A stretch of 64,000 bases of DNA from Camelus ferus. Its lineage: Eukaryota. The DNA is taken from positions 106,890,001-106,954,000 of the forward strand of contig NC_045697.1 in the NCBI RefSeq assembly GCF_009834535.1. The letters run 5' to 3'. Position numbers and translations under genes: made by a program. Shown in pieces: positions 1-13,365 of this stretch. Every line of letters begins with the position of its first letter. The first letter of the stretch is position 1. Below the pieces are notes generated by a model. It saw nothing but the letters and a program-made list of their open reading frames with translations, had not been told where the DNA came from and searched no databases.

Positions 1-829
1 GTCAAAGCCACCATTTAAAAGTAACAAGAGGGAGGGAAAATAAGGTTAATAACAGTAGGTCTAAAACATGACAGAGTAAAGAGAGTCATAAAAGAAATAC
101 AATTACACCCAGATTTCATAGAAACAAAAAAGACCTGGCAGTGATGGCTATTTTATTATATATCAGAAGGACTAAAGTGAGATTTAAATTTGCTTTTTTG
201 GGATCTTGGGGGTAGAATGAGGATCAATGGGAAGAAATTACAGGGAAAAGATTTCAGTCAGTAAAAGAGATACTTGAAAACAGAATGTTTGAGACAGAAA
301 ATTCTGTGATAATATATTACAGTCATAATTTCTATGTAAAGTAGAGGTCTTAATAGTAAGATTGGCGGGGAGTCATTTTATAAGAAGGAATTCCACCTGA
401 GACCAGAGTGGGTACCTGAATAAACACCATTATACACTCAGAGTGATGATTTAAATGCAGGCTAATAACATGACAGCATGGTCCATTTGAAAGACAAATT
501 TATCAGGAGCATAGCATACATAAATGTAAAAGAGGTTGGAGAACCAGAAGGAAGCTATCAGATAGTCCAAATAAGAGATAAGAAAGGGCAGTGTGCTGAA
601 AATAAGCCAGAAGAGTCAGGAAAAGATGTTCTACCTTAATCAATTATATGTTAGTATATCTACTGCTGTACTTTTAAGATAAAATAGGATTTTAAAAATA
701 ACTTAATAAAACTATCTTTTATCATATTATTTTTTGTAATTTCTTACCTTAAAGTATTTTGAAATATATATTAAAAATACAATTTCCACTATAATGTGTT
801 TAAAACAATTGAATTTCTTTCTCAAAAAG

Positions 830-1420
830 CCTATTTCGTCCTCTTCCTGTAATACTTATTTCAGTTATTAGGAAGATAATTCGCCCTGTAACCTTAGTTA
901 AAAATCTCAAGGTCATGTTCAACTTCTTCCTCTTATGTCGGTCATTACACAGATATTGAGAATGTCTTCTCTTGTCCCTCTGCCACTGTTTTAACTAAGG
1001 TCATCATCATCTCTTGTTTTGTTCCCTTTAATTAAGCCTCCTAACCAACTTTCCTGTACCCACTCTTTCCCAAGTCTAGTCCAAATTCCACACTGCCATC
1101 TTTCTGATGAATAAATTAAATATAATATTATGTCCCATCTCTTTCTAGTGGTTCCTCACTGTCTATAATACCAACTCTTTAGCAAGATATAAAGAACTCC
1201 TCATGAACGTGGTCTCAGCCTATTTCTCAAGCCTCAACCTTGGCTATTCTTTCCCAAGAATCCTATGCTACAGCCATATAGAAAACCTCATTATTCCTAA
1301 TCATTTCATACATCTTCTAGACTATAAGCTTAGTCATTTCACATGATGCTCATCAAATGTTAGTGCCTAAGCAAGGGACATTTTAAATCAATCTATATTT
1401 AGTAAATAAATCAATAAACT
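830..1420 (+). mobile_element. Degenerate L2 fragment
   Basis: Pyrimidine-rich L2-like tracts (ccctctgccactg...catcatctctt; ccacactgcc) ending in an aataaatcaataaa-type tail. Confidence 0.5.
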
Positions 1421-1709
1421 TTGTATTCTATTAGTAGTTGATTCTTTTGAGTGATTGAAAAAAATTTCCCTCAACATCTTTTCCTGTAGACTACAAAACT
1501 TTTTCTAATGTACAATATATCATGTTATAATACTCCAAGCATAATGTATTTATATTTGTTATTAAAATAAGAGCTAAAAATAGAAATTCGAGAAGGAAAG
1601 AGAAAAACAAAAACACCCAAACATCAACTATTAAGAAGTTCACGTATTCCTTGATAATTTTAATATCATGTGTATATTATGTGTATATACTTAGATATAC
1701 ACATAAACA

Positions 1710-4700
1710 ATTTTATTTTTAATTTTTCTAGCTTTATTGAAGTACAACTGACAAATAAAACTATATATATATTTAAGGTGTACACTGTGAAATCATGTAT
1801 GTATTCTCTGTGAAATGATTACCACAATGAGGTTAACACATCTATCACCTCACACAGTTTTACTATTTTTTTGAGCATATATATTAAAAATGCTTAAGGT
1901 CTATTCTTCTAGCAAATTTCAAATACACAATACCGTATTATTAACTATAGTTTTAACTAACTATAGGTTTTCATTTGTATGCTGGACATTAGATTCCCAG
2001 AGCTTTTCACCTTCACCTAATGCTTTTATCCTTTGAGTAGTATCTCCCCATCTCCTCTGCCCCCCGACACTGGTAACCACCATTCTACTCTGTTTCTGTG
2101 AGTCTGACTTTTTTTTTTAGAGTTCACGTGTAAGTGAGATCATACAGTACTTGTCTGTCTCTGCCTAGCTAGCTAATTTCACTAAGCATAATGTTCTCTA
2201 GGTTCATCCATGTTGCTGCAAATGGCAAGATTTCCCCCTTATTCACGGCTAAATACTATTTCACTGTGTATGTATCATATCATCCATTTATCTGTTTTGG
2301 ACACTTGAGATTATTTCCACAACTTGGCTGTTGTGAATAAAGCTGCAACAAACAAGGGAACACACATATCTCTTTGAGATCCTGATTCTGTATCCTAAGG
2401 ATATATACTGAGACGTGGGATTGTTGGATCATATGGTAGTTCTCTTTTCAAGTTTTTGAGGAAACTTTGTATTACTTTTCATAATGGCTCTTTCAATTTA
2501 CATTCCCATTCACAGTGTACAGGATTCTCTTTTCTCCACAGTCTGGCCAACACTTGTTTTACATTGTCGTTTTGATAAATGCCACCCTGACAGGTGTAAG
2601 TGATATCACACTGTGGATTAGATTTGCATTTCCCTGATGACTGTTGATGCTGAACACCTTTCCACGTACATATTGGCCACTGGTATGTTTTCTTTGGAAA
2701 AATGTCTATTCAGGTCCCTTGCTTATATTTTAATCAGGTTTTAAAAAGTTAAGTTATGTAAGTCCCTTATATATTATGGATATTAACCACTTATCAAATA
2801 TATGATTTGAAAATATTTTCTCCCATTCCACAGGTTACTTTTTCATTTTGTTATTATTTCCTTGGCTGTGCAAAAGCTTTTTAGTTTGATGTAGCACCAT
2901 TTGTTTATTTTTGGTGTCATACCCAAAAACTCACTGCCAATAGCAATGTCAAGGAGCTTTTTCCATGATGTAATCATCTAAAAGTTTTACAGTTTCATTT
3001 CTCATATGTCTAATTATTTACAATTGTTTCTTATGATACTTTGCATTTCGGTGGTATCAGTTGTAATGTCTCCAAATTAATTTCTGATTTTATTTGCAAC
3101 TTCCTTCTTTTTCCTTAGTTAAGTCCAGCTAAAAGTTTTTCAATTTTGTTAATATTTTCAAAAAAAAAAAAACCAAAACAGCTTCTAATTTTGTGGATCT
3201 TTTCTATTAACTTTCTGGTCTCTAATTCATTTATTTCTGCTCTGATCTTTGTAATTTCCATCCCTCTGCTAACTTGGGGTTTAGTTTGTTCATTTTCTAG
3301 TTCTTTGAGGTGTAAAGTTGTTTAGTTGAGATTCTTCTTTTTTCTTAATGTAGACATTTATCACTATAAACATCCCTCTCAAAACTGATTTGCTGCTCTC
3401 CATAGTTTTGATATACTGTGTTTCATTTTCATTTGTTTCAGGATTTTTTAAAAATTTCTGTTTCGATTTCTTCTTTGACCCACTGGTTCAGGAGTATGTT
3501 GTTTAAATTCCACATATTTGTGAATATTCCAGGTTTCCTCTTATGAATGATTTTTAGTTTTATGCCACTGTCATCAGGAAGAAACCTAGTATGGTTTTAA
3601 TCTTCTTAGATTTGTCAAGATTTGTTTTGTGACCTAACATTTGATTTATTCTGGAGAATGTTCCTTGTGCATGTGAGAAGAATGTCTGCTTTACTGCTGG
3701 TGGATTAAATGCTCTGTATGTATCTGTTAGGTCCATTTGTTCTAATGTTAGTTCAAGTCCAATGTTTTCTGTCAGGATAATCTATACAATTGTTGAAACT
3801 GGAATAATGAAATCTCATACTATTAATATATTGTTGTCTATTTCTTTCATCTTTTTCATTTCTTTTTCTTTATTCTATTCTGGATAATTTCAAATGACGT
3901 ATGTTCAACTTCACAAATTCTTTCTTCTGCTTGATCAAGTCTGCTGTTGATGCTCTCTATTGCACTTTTCATTTCATTTATTGTATTCTTCAGCTCCAGA
4001 ATTTTTGGTTTTTTGTTTTGTTTTTTTTTTTAAATGATTAGTACCTCTCTGTTAAACTTCTCATTTTGTCCATATATTGTTTCATGACTTCTTTGTGTTT
4101 TATTATAGCTGTGATTCCTAAAGCAACTATTTTGAATTTTTATCAAATTGCAGATCTACATTGCTTTGGCATTGCTTACTGGAAAATGACTGCGTTCCTT
4201 TGGTGGTGTCATGTTTCTTTGATTTTAAATGTTCCTAAACTCTTGCAATGCTGTCTTCACATTTAAAGTAGTCACCTCCTTTAGTTTTCACTAATTGGCT
4301 TTGGGAGAGAAATACCTCTGTTGGCCTGCTAGGCATTCTGAAGCTTTCTCATACTTTTTCTAAGGATGATCCTGCTCCACACTTCTTGTCCCCTCTTCGG
4401 TGATAATTCTTAATATTGAATGCCTTATCTTTATGCTACAAAGCCAGGCCATGTGCTGAGAGCCTCCTGTTTGCTTTCCCTAAAGTGATACTGAACATTT
4501 ATGGGCTTTCTCCTGATCCCACAGAGTGGAGCCAGCTCTCTGCATGTGCTCGCATGCCATCTGCAAAGATGTGCACTCTGCCTTCAGGGGCATGCACAGG
4601 GAGATAGCTACAGGGCAGGAGGATATGTGGGTGAGATGCATGGAGCATTAGGGGTGCCTGTGGGCCAGCTGAAGTCACGTGCAGGAGAAATATTTCCAGC

Positions 4701-5155
4701 AGCTTACAGGTGAGCTTCCTTATGAAGCAGTCAGTAGGAGCTGTGTCCTTCTGATACCCTCTGAGAATCCTTCTGTTATTGTCTCATTTGGTTCCCACCC
4801 CCCATAGCACAGCACACCTCAGTATCCTGGATGGAATGAGGAAGAAGTGGGCCTCTTTGGCAGTGTCCAACACAGGTGGAGAAGCTGGACACTCACTCAC
4901 ACTCCACTTCTCCCTGAGAGCTAAGCTGCTTCTTTGGGGGACAGGGGATGGGGGACGTGGGAAAGGGAAACTTCCTCTTACTCTCAATGCATCCAATCTG
5001 GGATTTTTTTCCTCCAACACTGTGCTGGAACTTCTCTGCTGGACTCTCAGACTTCCACAAAGGCACTCCTATCCTTGGTGACTGTAAAAACCAGTGTTCT
5101 TTGAGGGAAAGATGGTAGAAAACTCCTATTTCACCATTTTTCTGATGTCATGCTC
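1710..5155 (-). mobile_element. Old LINE-1 (L1MA-like 3' end) retaining both ends, with large internal deletions
   Basis: Reading the plus strand: T-rich tail and 3'UTR (1710-2350), ORF2 C-terminus (to about 3010), ORF2 N-terminal part (3010-3850), ORF1 N-terminal part (3850-4200), GC-richer 5'UTR ending tcaccatttttctgatgtca. CATAAACA occurs at both flanks (1702-1709, 5156-5163). Confidence 0.85.
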
Positions 5156-5409
5156 CATAAACATGTAATTCTGCATCCTGCATCTTTATAACATGAATTT
5201 TCCTTTTCATTAATTTCTAAATCAATATATGAATTTTTAGGTTTTAATTTATTTGATGAAAATTGATAAGAGTATTTTTTTGTCACTGAACACTAAATGC
5301 ATATTTTCACTCAACACATAGGACATAAGATGTATTCTGATAATAGGTCTGATCTCAATCGTATGAGTAAAATTTAACTCATATATATGCAGTAGTATAA
5401 CTTCATTGC

Positions 5410-5655
5410 AGGCACTATAGTACAGAACTTAGTAACACAGATTTCTTGCTTTGGAACTCCAGCTCAACACTGATTAATTCTGTGACTTTGGCAAGTGACA
5501 TAACCTCCCTGTGCCTCAGTTTTCTAATCCACAGAGTGGGGCAATAATAGCACTCACCTCGTACAATTGTTGCAAGGATTAAATGAGTTAAACCAAAATT
5601 ACTTACAATAATGGTGATGCATACTATGTGCTCAATGAATACTAGCTATTATTAT
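5410..5655 (+). mobile_element. MIR SINE, near full length
   Basis: Core tgtgactttggcaagtgacataacctccctgtgcctcagttttct...aggattaaatgagtta and tail gctcaatgaatactagctattatt. Confidence 0.9.
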
Positions 5656-6879
5656 CTTTCTAAAAATCTAAACTTTAATGAAAAATCTTACTGAACACAG
5701 TATGAATAAATTTTGTTTATGGAAAATATATAGTGAGTATAACACAGAATTACAAAGGATATATTTCCATTTGTAATATACAAAAATATATTTAAGCATC
5801 TTCTCTATTGAAGGAAAGATTTTTTTTTTAAAAGGTAAAAAGAGGAAAATAAGGGAACATCAGATGTTCACCAGAGAATTTTTCTCCCCAGATACTCATT
5901 TGGTTGAATAGAAATACGTGAGATGGTGAAAGATACAGTCCTAGATAAGCATGGGACTGAAAAAGTAAAATGGATAAAGAGTTCATTGAGAAGGAAAACA
6001 TCACAAATACTATATAATAAATAAGCATGACCTAAAGGAAACGCAGTATAACACTTTCTCAGAAAAATGCTGTGAACACAGAGGAAAATAAGCCAGTTGA
6101 GAGAAGTACATTTGATGAGCACATAAAAAAGAAAAAGTAAATGCTGCTATACAAATAGTCTGTACTTCTTCTCTCAATATTTCTCCTATGCTGAACAAGG
6201 TAATAATTTGGTTTTTATTAGAAAATAACTATTCATCGTGATTGATACAAAACATGGTTTATAGAAAAAATTCTTTTGTGGTTTTGAATAATTTAAAATA
6301 CTGTATTTTGTAAATAACAGAAAAATATTAATTCAGAGACATTCATGATGGTAGAAATTTTACATGTATTCGCTTGAAGTAGCTTTTCTGTATTGTTTTA
6401 AAAACTGTAACTCACATTGTGAAATATAAATAGATTACAAGAAATGAAATGTAAAACCTTAAAATGCAAAGGAAGCATGATTGCTACTTAACTTTAATAC
6501 ATTCTTTATCTTTTCTTTACAACATGCCTTATAATTGCAATTCATGTATTTTCTGCATTAATCATGTACTTAGCCAGAAACTACCTGTTTTTTATTGAAA
6601 TACCATGCTTATCCTACATGTACTATTTTGTGCAACATATTTCATGAGTCTCACCATTGCATATGATCTCTCACACTAACCGACTAGTACTCAGGTTTGA
6701 CACCCAGAGACACTAAAGGCTAAATTCCTCTCTCCTATAATCACGGCAGAAACTACTAATCATTCATGGCATGTTCCAGGCAGATGCTGCAAAAGGAGCA
6801 GAGTTGGTCATCAAGGAGATGACTATGTTCTACTCTTGTCCTGAAGCATTTTGGTTCTGTCTGATACTTTTGGATGACT

Positions 6880-7036
6880 CATCCATTTTCATTCATTCTT
6901 TCAGCAAACATGCCCTTGGTACTATGGGCCAGATAACTGTGATAGGCTTGAGGATGCAAAGAAAAATAAGAGAGGTCCTCAAGTGGCTCAACATTTTGTG
7001 GAGGAAACAGGCAAGTGGGAAGTCCACCAAAATGGT

Positions 7037-7088
<52 letters not shown>

Positions 7089-7450
7089 CTAAAAGAACAC
7101 ACAGGAAGGGCATCTAAGGCAGACTCTGTTGGTGGTGGCAGAGTGCTGAAGCGTGGAGGGAGGTATAATTAAAGCTTCTCCAGGGAATTCTGAAAAATGT
7201 GCATAAATTAGCTAAAAAAAGCTTGGGGGTTGAAGGAAGGGAGGAGAGAAGGGGGAAGGAGAAGTATCCATGTGGCTATTGGGGGAGCAATGTGGAATTT
7301 TTGTAAGTAGCTTATAAAATGTGAGAGAACATAGCACTTTTAGAAAAGTGTAAGTTGCTCAGTATGACTATACTGTCTTTTGTAAATAATGAATTTGGGG
7401 AAGTATGCAAACAGACTGTAAAGAACTATGTATGTCATGTTAAGAGTCAG
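6880..7450 (-). mobile_element. L2 3' fragment interrupted by a (GT)n tract
   Basis: cattcattctttcagcaaacat...tactatgggccagataactgtgataggc is the reverse-complemented L2 tail, followed by purine-rich L2 body. Confidence 0.65.
7039..7086. repeat. (GT)24 microsatellite
   Basis: Perfect dinucleotide run counted directly. Confidence 0.98.
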
Positions 7451-7840
7451 GAAGGCTATAATAACCACCAAGGTAAAAGCAGTATTTGTGAGCGTCTCCA
7501 ATTAAGGGAGGATACACACAATTTAGAAGTATCTTGATATAGCATACAGAAAAATAGTTTGTTTTATATAACCTCATAGGGTGCTGAATAAAGTGGTCTC
7601 AGGATGATGCAGAAATATGTATAACTGATTTGTTTCTGACATGAAGATTAAATTTCTTCAAGGAATCTGGGTTACAACTCATGCCTTTTTACTTTTAAGA
7701 AGGATCTGAATCAGAATCCATAAAATACAATTTTCAGGCATACAGAATAACTGTAATATCATTTAATGAAAATAAAAAATGAGAGGATATCATAAAAAGA
7801 CAATTTCAAAGAATGTTCTGGAAAAGACAGGTTAACTTGT

Positions 7841-8260
7841 TGTTAATGGGTTAAGTTGTGGTCCCCTAAACAAAAGATGTTGGAGTTGTAACCTCCAGTA
7901 TCTTAGAATGTGACCTTATTTGGAGAGAAAGTCTTTACAAAGGTAATGAGATTAAAATGAAATCAATAACTAGTGTCCTTAGAAAAGGAGGAAAATCTGG
8001 ACAGAGGAATGAGCATGCATACAGGTAGAAAGTGAAATGAAGACTGGAGTTGGTTGCTATGAGCCAAAGAACTACCAGAAACACAGAGCTGAGAGACAGA
8101 CTTGGAACAGACCCTTCCCCACCTCCTGCAGAGGGGGCGTGAAACTGCCGACACCTTGATCTCAGACCTCTAGCTTCCAGAATTATCAGACAACAAATTT
8201 GTATTGTTTAAGGCACCCAGTCTGTGGTACTTGGTCACAGCAGCCTCAGGAGCTAATACA
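7841..8260 (+). mobile_element. MaLR solo LTR (MLT1-type)
   Basis: TG...CA termini: tgttaatgggttaagttgtggtcccc...gaatgtgaccttatttgga...cacccagtctgtggtacttggtcacagcagcc...taataca. Confidence 0.9.
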
Positions 8261-8319
8261 ACAGAGTTACAGAAAAAGTAACTTCTAAGAATCGAACATA
8301 GCAATTAAAAGCCATAACT

Positions 8320-8795
8320 TATCCTAGACTGGATCCTGAATTGTAGGGTAAAAATTCCATAAAGAACATTATTATGTCAGCTAACAAAACTGACATATGG
8401 AAAGTAAATTAGATAAAGGTGTTGCAGTAATTTAAATTCATGAAATGGTGTTACTGTGGTTACATAAGAAAATATCCCTATTTTAAGAAGATATTTACTG
8501 CAGTATTTGGGGATAAAGTACCATGAAGTGTGTAACTTACCCTGAAATGATGCAGTAAAAATATTACATATATATATTAAATATATGCATATATATTCAT
8601 ATTAGTATGTAAACACAGTGGTCGGGGGAGGGAAGGGAGACAAAAAAGGAGGGAGAAAGCTCATATTAAAAAAGGAGGGGTAAAATGCTACCAATAGTGA
8701 ATCAGGGTAAGGAGCACATGAATGCTCTGTGAACAATTTAACTTTTGTAACTTTTTGTAAGTTTGAAATTATTTCCCAATAAAATGTTAAAAGAA
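8320..8795 (+). mobile_element. Ancient L1 (L1MC/L1ME-like) 3'UTR fragment
   Basis: ctagactggatcctg...tgtaactttttgtaagtttgaaattatttcccaataaaatgttaaaa, typical of an old L1 3' end. Confidence 0.75.
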
Positions 8796-11199
8796 CTTTT
8801 GAATGCACAAGGTTAGAAATAAAATATTTTTAGTAGGACATAAACGTGGTAAACAAAAAATACCAAAAGGTAAAATAAAGAAAAAAAGTGGGAGAGAGGG
8901 GAAAAGAGGAAGAGAAGAAAAGAAACATCAGAAATGATTTAAGCTAAAGAAATTCTAAAATGCCTCAGAAAAAATTGAGATGTACATTTCCACACAAAAT
9001 AAAAATCAAGTACCGCAGTTAACAGCATTTAATTGAATATATTATTTAATATTCTAACAGTAACACTAACTAAATTTGCCTTTGCTTAAAAACAAGAACA
9101 TTAGAAAATCTACTTTACAGAAAGTAACCTAACACTTATTTGGCATATCTGTTAATAGAGAGAAAAATGAAAAATGGCCTCCCTTTTCATATAAACACAG
9201 GACTCACACCACTATTCATTGTTTCCTAGCATTGCAAGTACTTTGATATCCATCGTAAGTGTATTTTCTAATGATAATTCCAAAATAGAGTGAAAAGAAT
9301 CAATGAGACCACAAAAAATAAGTAATGCCAGAAAAGCAGAAAGCAGTCCTCTTCTTTTTTTTTTTTTTAGGGGGATGGGGTGGGGAGGTGGGTGGTAGGT
9401 ATTGTCACATTCTGGTTACCATGACCAAAGAAATTTGCTGATTTACACAAAATTTTTAGTTGGGAAAAAAATCTGTTTGATATACACCAGTTGTTGGCAA
9501 ATCAGACAGACATAAATACCACAGTAAACAGTCATTTACTGGGTATCGCTGTGCAGAGTTGCATGAAAGTAGCCATAGGCAGAACCAACCTCCCAGCAGA
9601 GATGCTGCTTTTCAGATAAACTGCCACTGCAGGTGACATGGCCCAGTGCCAGGAACAAAGGCAGGGAGGGACTGGAGGCACGTCTTCCCAGCACCACGGA
9701 GCACCTCCAGAAGCCACGGTGGTCGTGAGGGGAACCGGGCGGGCAAGCGCTCCTCTGTGAATTCTGCTACCAGTCTCATATTGTGAGCCCATTAGTCTCA
9801 CTTTCCTTTTCCAACCATTACCATTAGTCCCTGGCAGAAATGGTAACTTTCAGCTGTACCAGAGAGAGCACTACTGTGATAATTTACACAAAGATTGAAA
9901 ACGAAAAAGTAAAGAGTGTACTTTCTAAACCTCTTTCTTTTTTTCTATTAAGAAAAGTATCTCTCCTTCCACTCTTCCCCTTCTTGTTACTTCTAACATC
10001 TAGAGAACTTAAACTGCTTGGGACAAGCAGTATGTCACCATGAGGTTTCATTTGTTGCTGGGTTTTTTGTTTGTTTTCTTCCCTGAAGTCAGCGCATCCA
10101 GGTACTTCAAAACTTAGAGAAAGAAATTAAATTATGAAAAATTGCTTGGAAATAGATTAGCCATCTGTAAAATAATATCCCAAGTAATAAATTTGGGAAG
10201 AATATCCAAATTCCAATCATGGTGATTCGGGTGAATCTATAAAAGTATGACACTATTAATGTGATTAATAAAGACAGTGCTGCTCTGTTGGAAAAAAGGC
10301 TTAGCAGAAGCAGGATGGTCAACATAGAAATTATCCAAGGGAAGCACAGAAAGTAAGAATTTGACAGTGTGTCCTACACAAACCTAGAAGAGAGGATATT
10401 CAACCACATAAAGACGAATATTCTGACTTTTGTGGCAGGCATTGTATCTCTGCACTGGACACAGAGGCATCCGGCTAACACAGCCAGTGAGATTTCCTCT
10501 GGAATGAACATGTCATTCCACGAGGGCAGGCCCTTGTCTGCCTTGGCTGCCTCTGTATCCCCAGGACCGAGAAGAGTCTAAGTACTGAACAAATACTGTT
10601 CAATTCATTAAGATCATCCAATTGTCTTTTATTCTAAATCAATATTATCACACAATGAGTTTTTGCTTATATTTGGATTCCTGTACAGTTTTGGGTGAGA
10701 AACTGCTTGGCCAGAAAGAAGAAACATTCTGGTTTCCCTGATAGTTAAATTCTTCATGACAAATAATGTTGCTTTGTATGTATAACTTGCAAGTCTGCTT
10801 ACTGCAAGTTAATAACTAAAATATTTACCAGCAATTGGCACATGAAAAAAATTAGAGTTTCTGGCTGGCATTGTTAGGCTGCTTCTAAAATTTTCTGATT
10901 TATACTGATTTTATATTTGAATCTCTTTTCCTCTTACATTAAAAGTCTTGATCTTGATGACTTTGACACAATTCCTCATTTGCTTAATTTACAATATACT
11001 CCTATTAGTTTCAAAAGAAATATACCAGTTATATTTAAATAAAAGACTAGGAAAAGAATTTTAAGATATCTTCTGGTTCTCTTGTCTATAAAACATATCC
11101 TACTAGGGATACACTTAGGGACTGAATTTTTTCCCCTTCTTGATTTTATTTTTTAAGTTATATAAAATATTTAATAGTTTCAAAGTCACAACTATTAAA

Positions 11200-11900
11200 G
11201 AAAATATTTTCCACCTGTGAATATGACATTTCTTACTTTGGCCAGTGTATCAAAGGGTAAATAGTTAATTTTGATAGAGACCGGCAAACTTCCCTGGGAG
11301 TGTGTCATTTTGCATTCTCATCAGAAACATGGACCAATGCCTCTTTTCCCACAGACTCATCAGAAGAGCAAGTTGGTGAATTTTTGGAATGTGGCAAATC
11401 TGGAAGATGAAGATGGAATTTCAGTACTATTTATATTTCTTCCATTATGAGTGAGGTTGAGTATTTGTTCATGTTTAAGAGGCACTGACATTTATTTTTC
11501 TGTGAATTGTTGCTCATTTTTCTATCAGATTGTTGACTTTTAAGAGTTCTCTATAAATGAGCTTCACTAGTTTTAAATCTCAAATATTTTTATTCAGTTT
11601 GTCAATTGTCTTCTGAGTTTGTTTCTGATGCATTTTTAATGTGAAAATTATCAGTATTTATGTAATCAAAGTGATCAGTTCTTTCTTTTATTACCTTTGG
11701 ATTTTCAGTCATAGTTGGGGAAGTTTTTCCCCCCTCTCAGGTTATACAGAAAGTCACTAATGTTTTCTTGTGTTTGTCTCACCTTTTCATATTTAGGTAT
11801 GTGATCCTTGGTTTCCTGTATGACAAACAAATCTAAGGTTATCTTTTTTTCATATGGCTAGCCCATACCATTTATTATAAAGTCCATCTTTTCTCCACCG
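11200..11900 (-). mobile_element. Ancient L1 (L1ME-like) ORF2 3' fragment
   Basis: cattttgcattctcatcag...attatgagtgaggttgagtatttgttcatgtt...ttttctgtgaattg. Confidence 0.7.
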
Positions 11901-12544
11901 TATGGAGGTTAGGATGGGGGTTTATATCTTCTCTTCCCTTAATCAACATCGAGCCACTAGAATAGTACAAAAGAGGTATTCAACAAGCATTCGATGAATG
12001 AAAAAATAAATGTGCATTATTTCTTAACTATACCTCAGGGGATTCTGATGCAGATTATGTTTTCCACACAACATGTTTTAAAACACACCTCCATTAAGGA
12101 TACAGTTTACATCTGAAACTAGGCTTCTATATGCAAAATAGCATAGACGGTCCACTGGGTAAGGAGAATAACGACCTATAAGTCACATGAGAAGAAAACC
12201 AGATTGAGAATGGGTTATAGGAAGGCCATAAGGTACTATGCAGGGGGGGTTTCTGAAAAGTTTCAAGGAAGAGGAGATTTGAGAAGAGCTGTTTGCAGGG
12301 TTTTGTCTTATTTTGTTTTTTAAGGGGGTGGTAGTAAGGATAAGGTTATGAGCTTTACAATATAGTTTGGTTAAACAAGAGTAGAGTATGCCCACGCTGC
12401 AGTGTGTAACAACAGCAGGTGGCAGGCACTGGGATGAGCAGGAAAAGCATGTGGAATGACAATGTAGAAGCCAGAAACTAAAAGCACAGCTATTATAGTT
12501 TCCTCTGTCAGAAAGAAAGAAGGGAAAAAAAAACCCAAAAAACT

Positions 12545-13365
12545 GCACTCTCCTCACACTTTCAATATTAGAAAAGAAGGAAAAAACTCTAATTAAAAAA
12601 CTAGCTTCCCCAATTAAGAATCTATAAAAGAGCAAACCAAATGTAAAACAAGCAAAAGAAAAGAAACAATGATTATTAGAGTGAAAATTCAAATGAAAGA
12701 AAAAACAGAAACACAGTAGAGAAAAAACAATGAAATGAAAAGTCGGTTCTTTGAAAAGATCAACACAACTGACAAACCAAGAAAAGAAATGATACAAATT
12801 ACCACATATCAGGGATGAATGAGGTAATAGCACTACCGGATCTTAGAGAAATTAAAATGATTATAAGGCATACTACGAAAAACTCTATACCAATAAATTA
12901 GACAACTTACATAAAATGACCAAACGCCTAGAAATACACAAACTACTGAAACTGATTCAAGGAAAAAAATTGATTTGGTAATTTAAAATCTTCCCTCACA
13001 CATGAACAAATGCTATGATGGATTCAGTGGTGAATCCAACTAATCATTTAAAGAAGAAATAATAGTAATCTCTCACAAAGTCTTTCAGAAACTAGAGAAG
13101 AGGGAAGGAACACTGCTTCATTTCATTCTATGAGAAAAATATACATCCTGATATTAAAACCACACAAAGATATCACAAGAAAACTATACCCCAATATTCC
13201 TCTTGAACATAGATGCAAAAATCCTCAAGAGTAATGATTTCTCAACAAAACATTAACAAAAAGTACAGTATAAATCAAAAGAATGTATATCATCCAAGTT
13301 TGATATATTCAAGGAATGCAAGGTTGGTTTAACATCAAAAAATCAATTAATGAAATATATCATAT
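12545..13365 (+). mobile_element. L1 ORF2 fragment
   Basis: A-rich ORF2 remnants; 13316 onward translates MQGWFNIKKSINEIYHI, matching the L1 RT motif GMQGWFNIRKSINVIHHI. Frame is otherwise disrupted. Confidence 0.9.

Noticed and set aside
12183..12833. Longest ORF in the track (216 aa, minus)
   Set aside because: Phe/Leu/Ser-rich antisense read of an A-rich L1 ORF2 fragment plus flank; no domain and no splice support.
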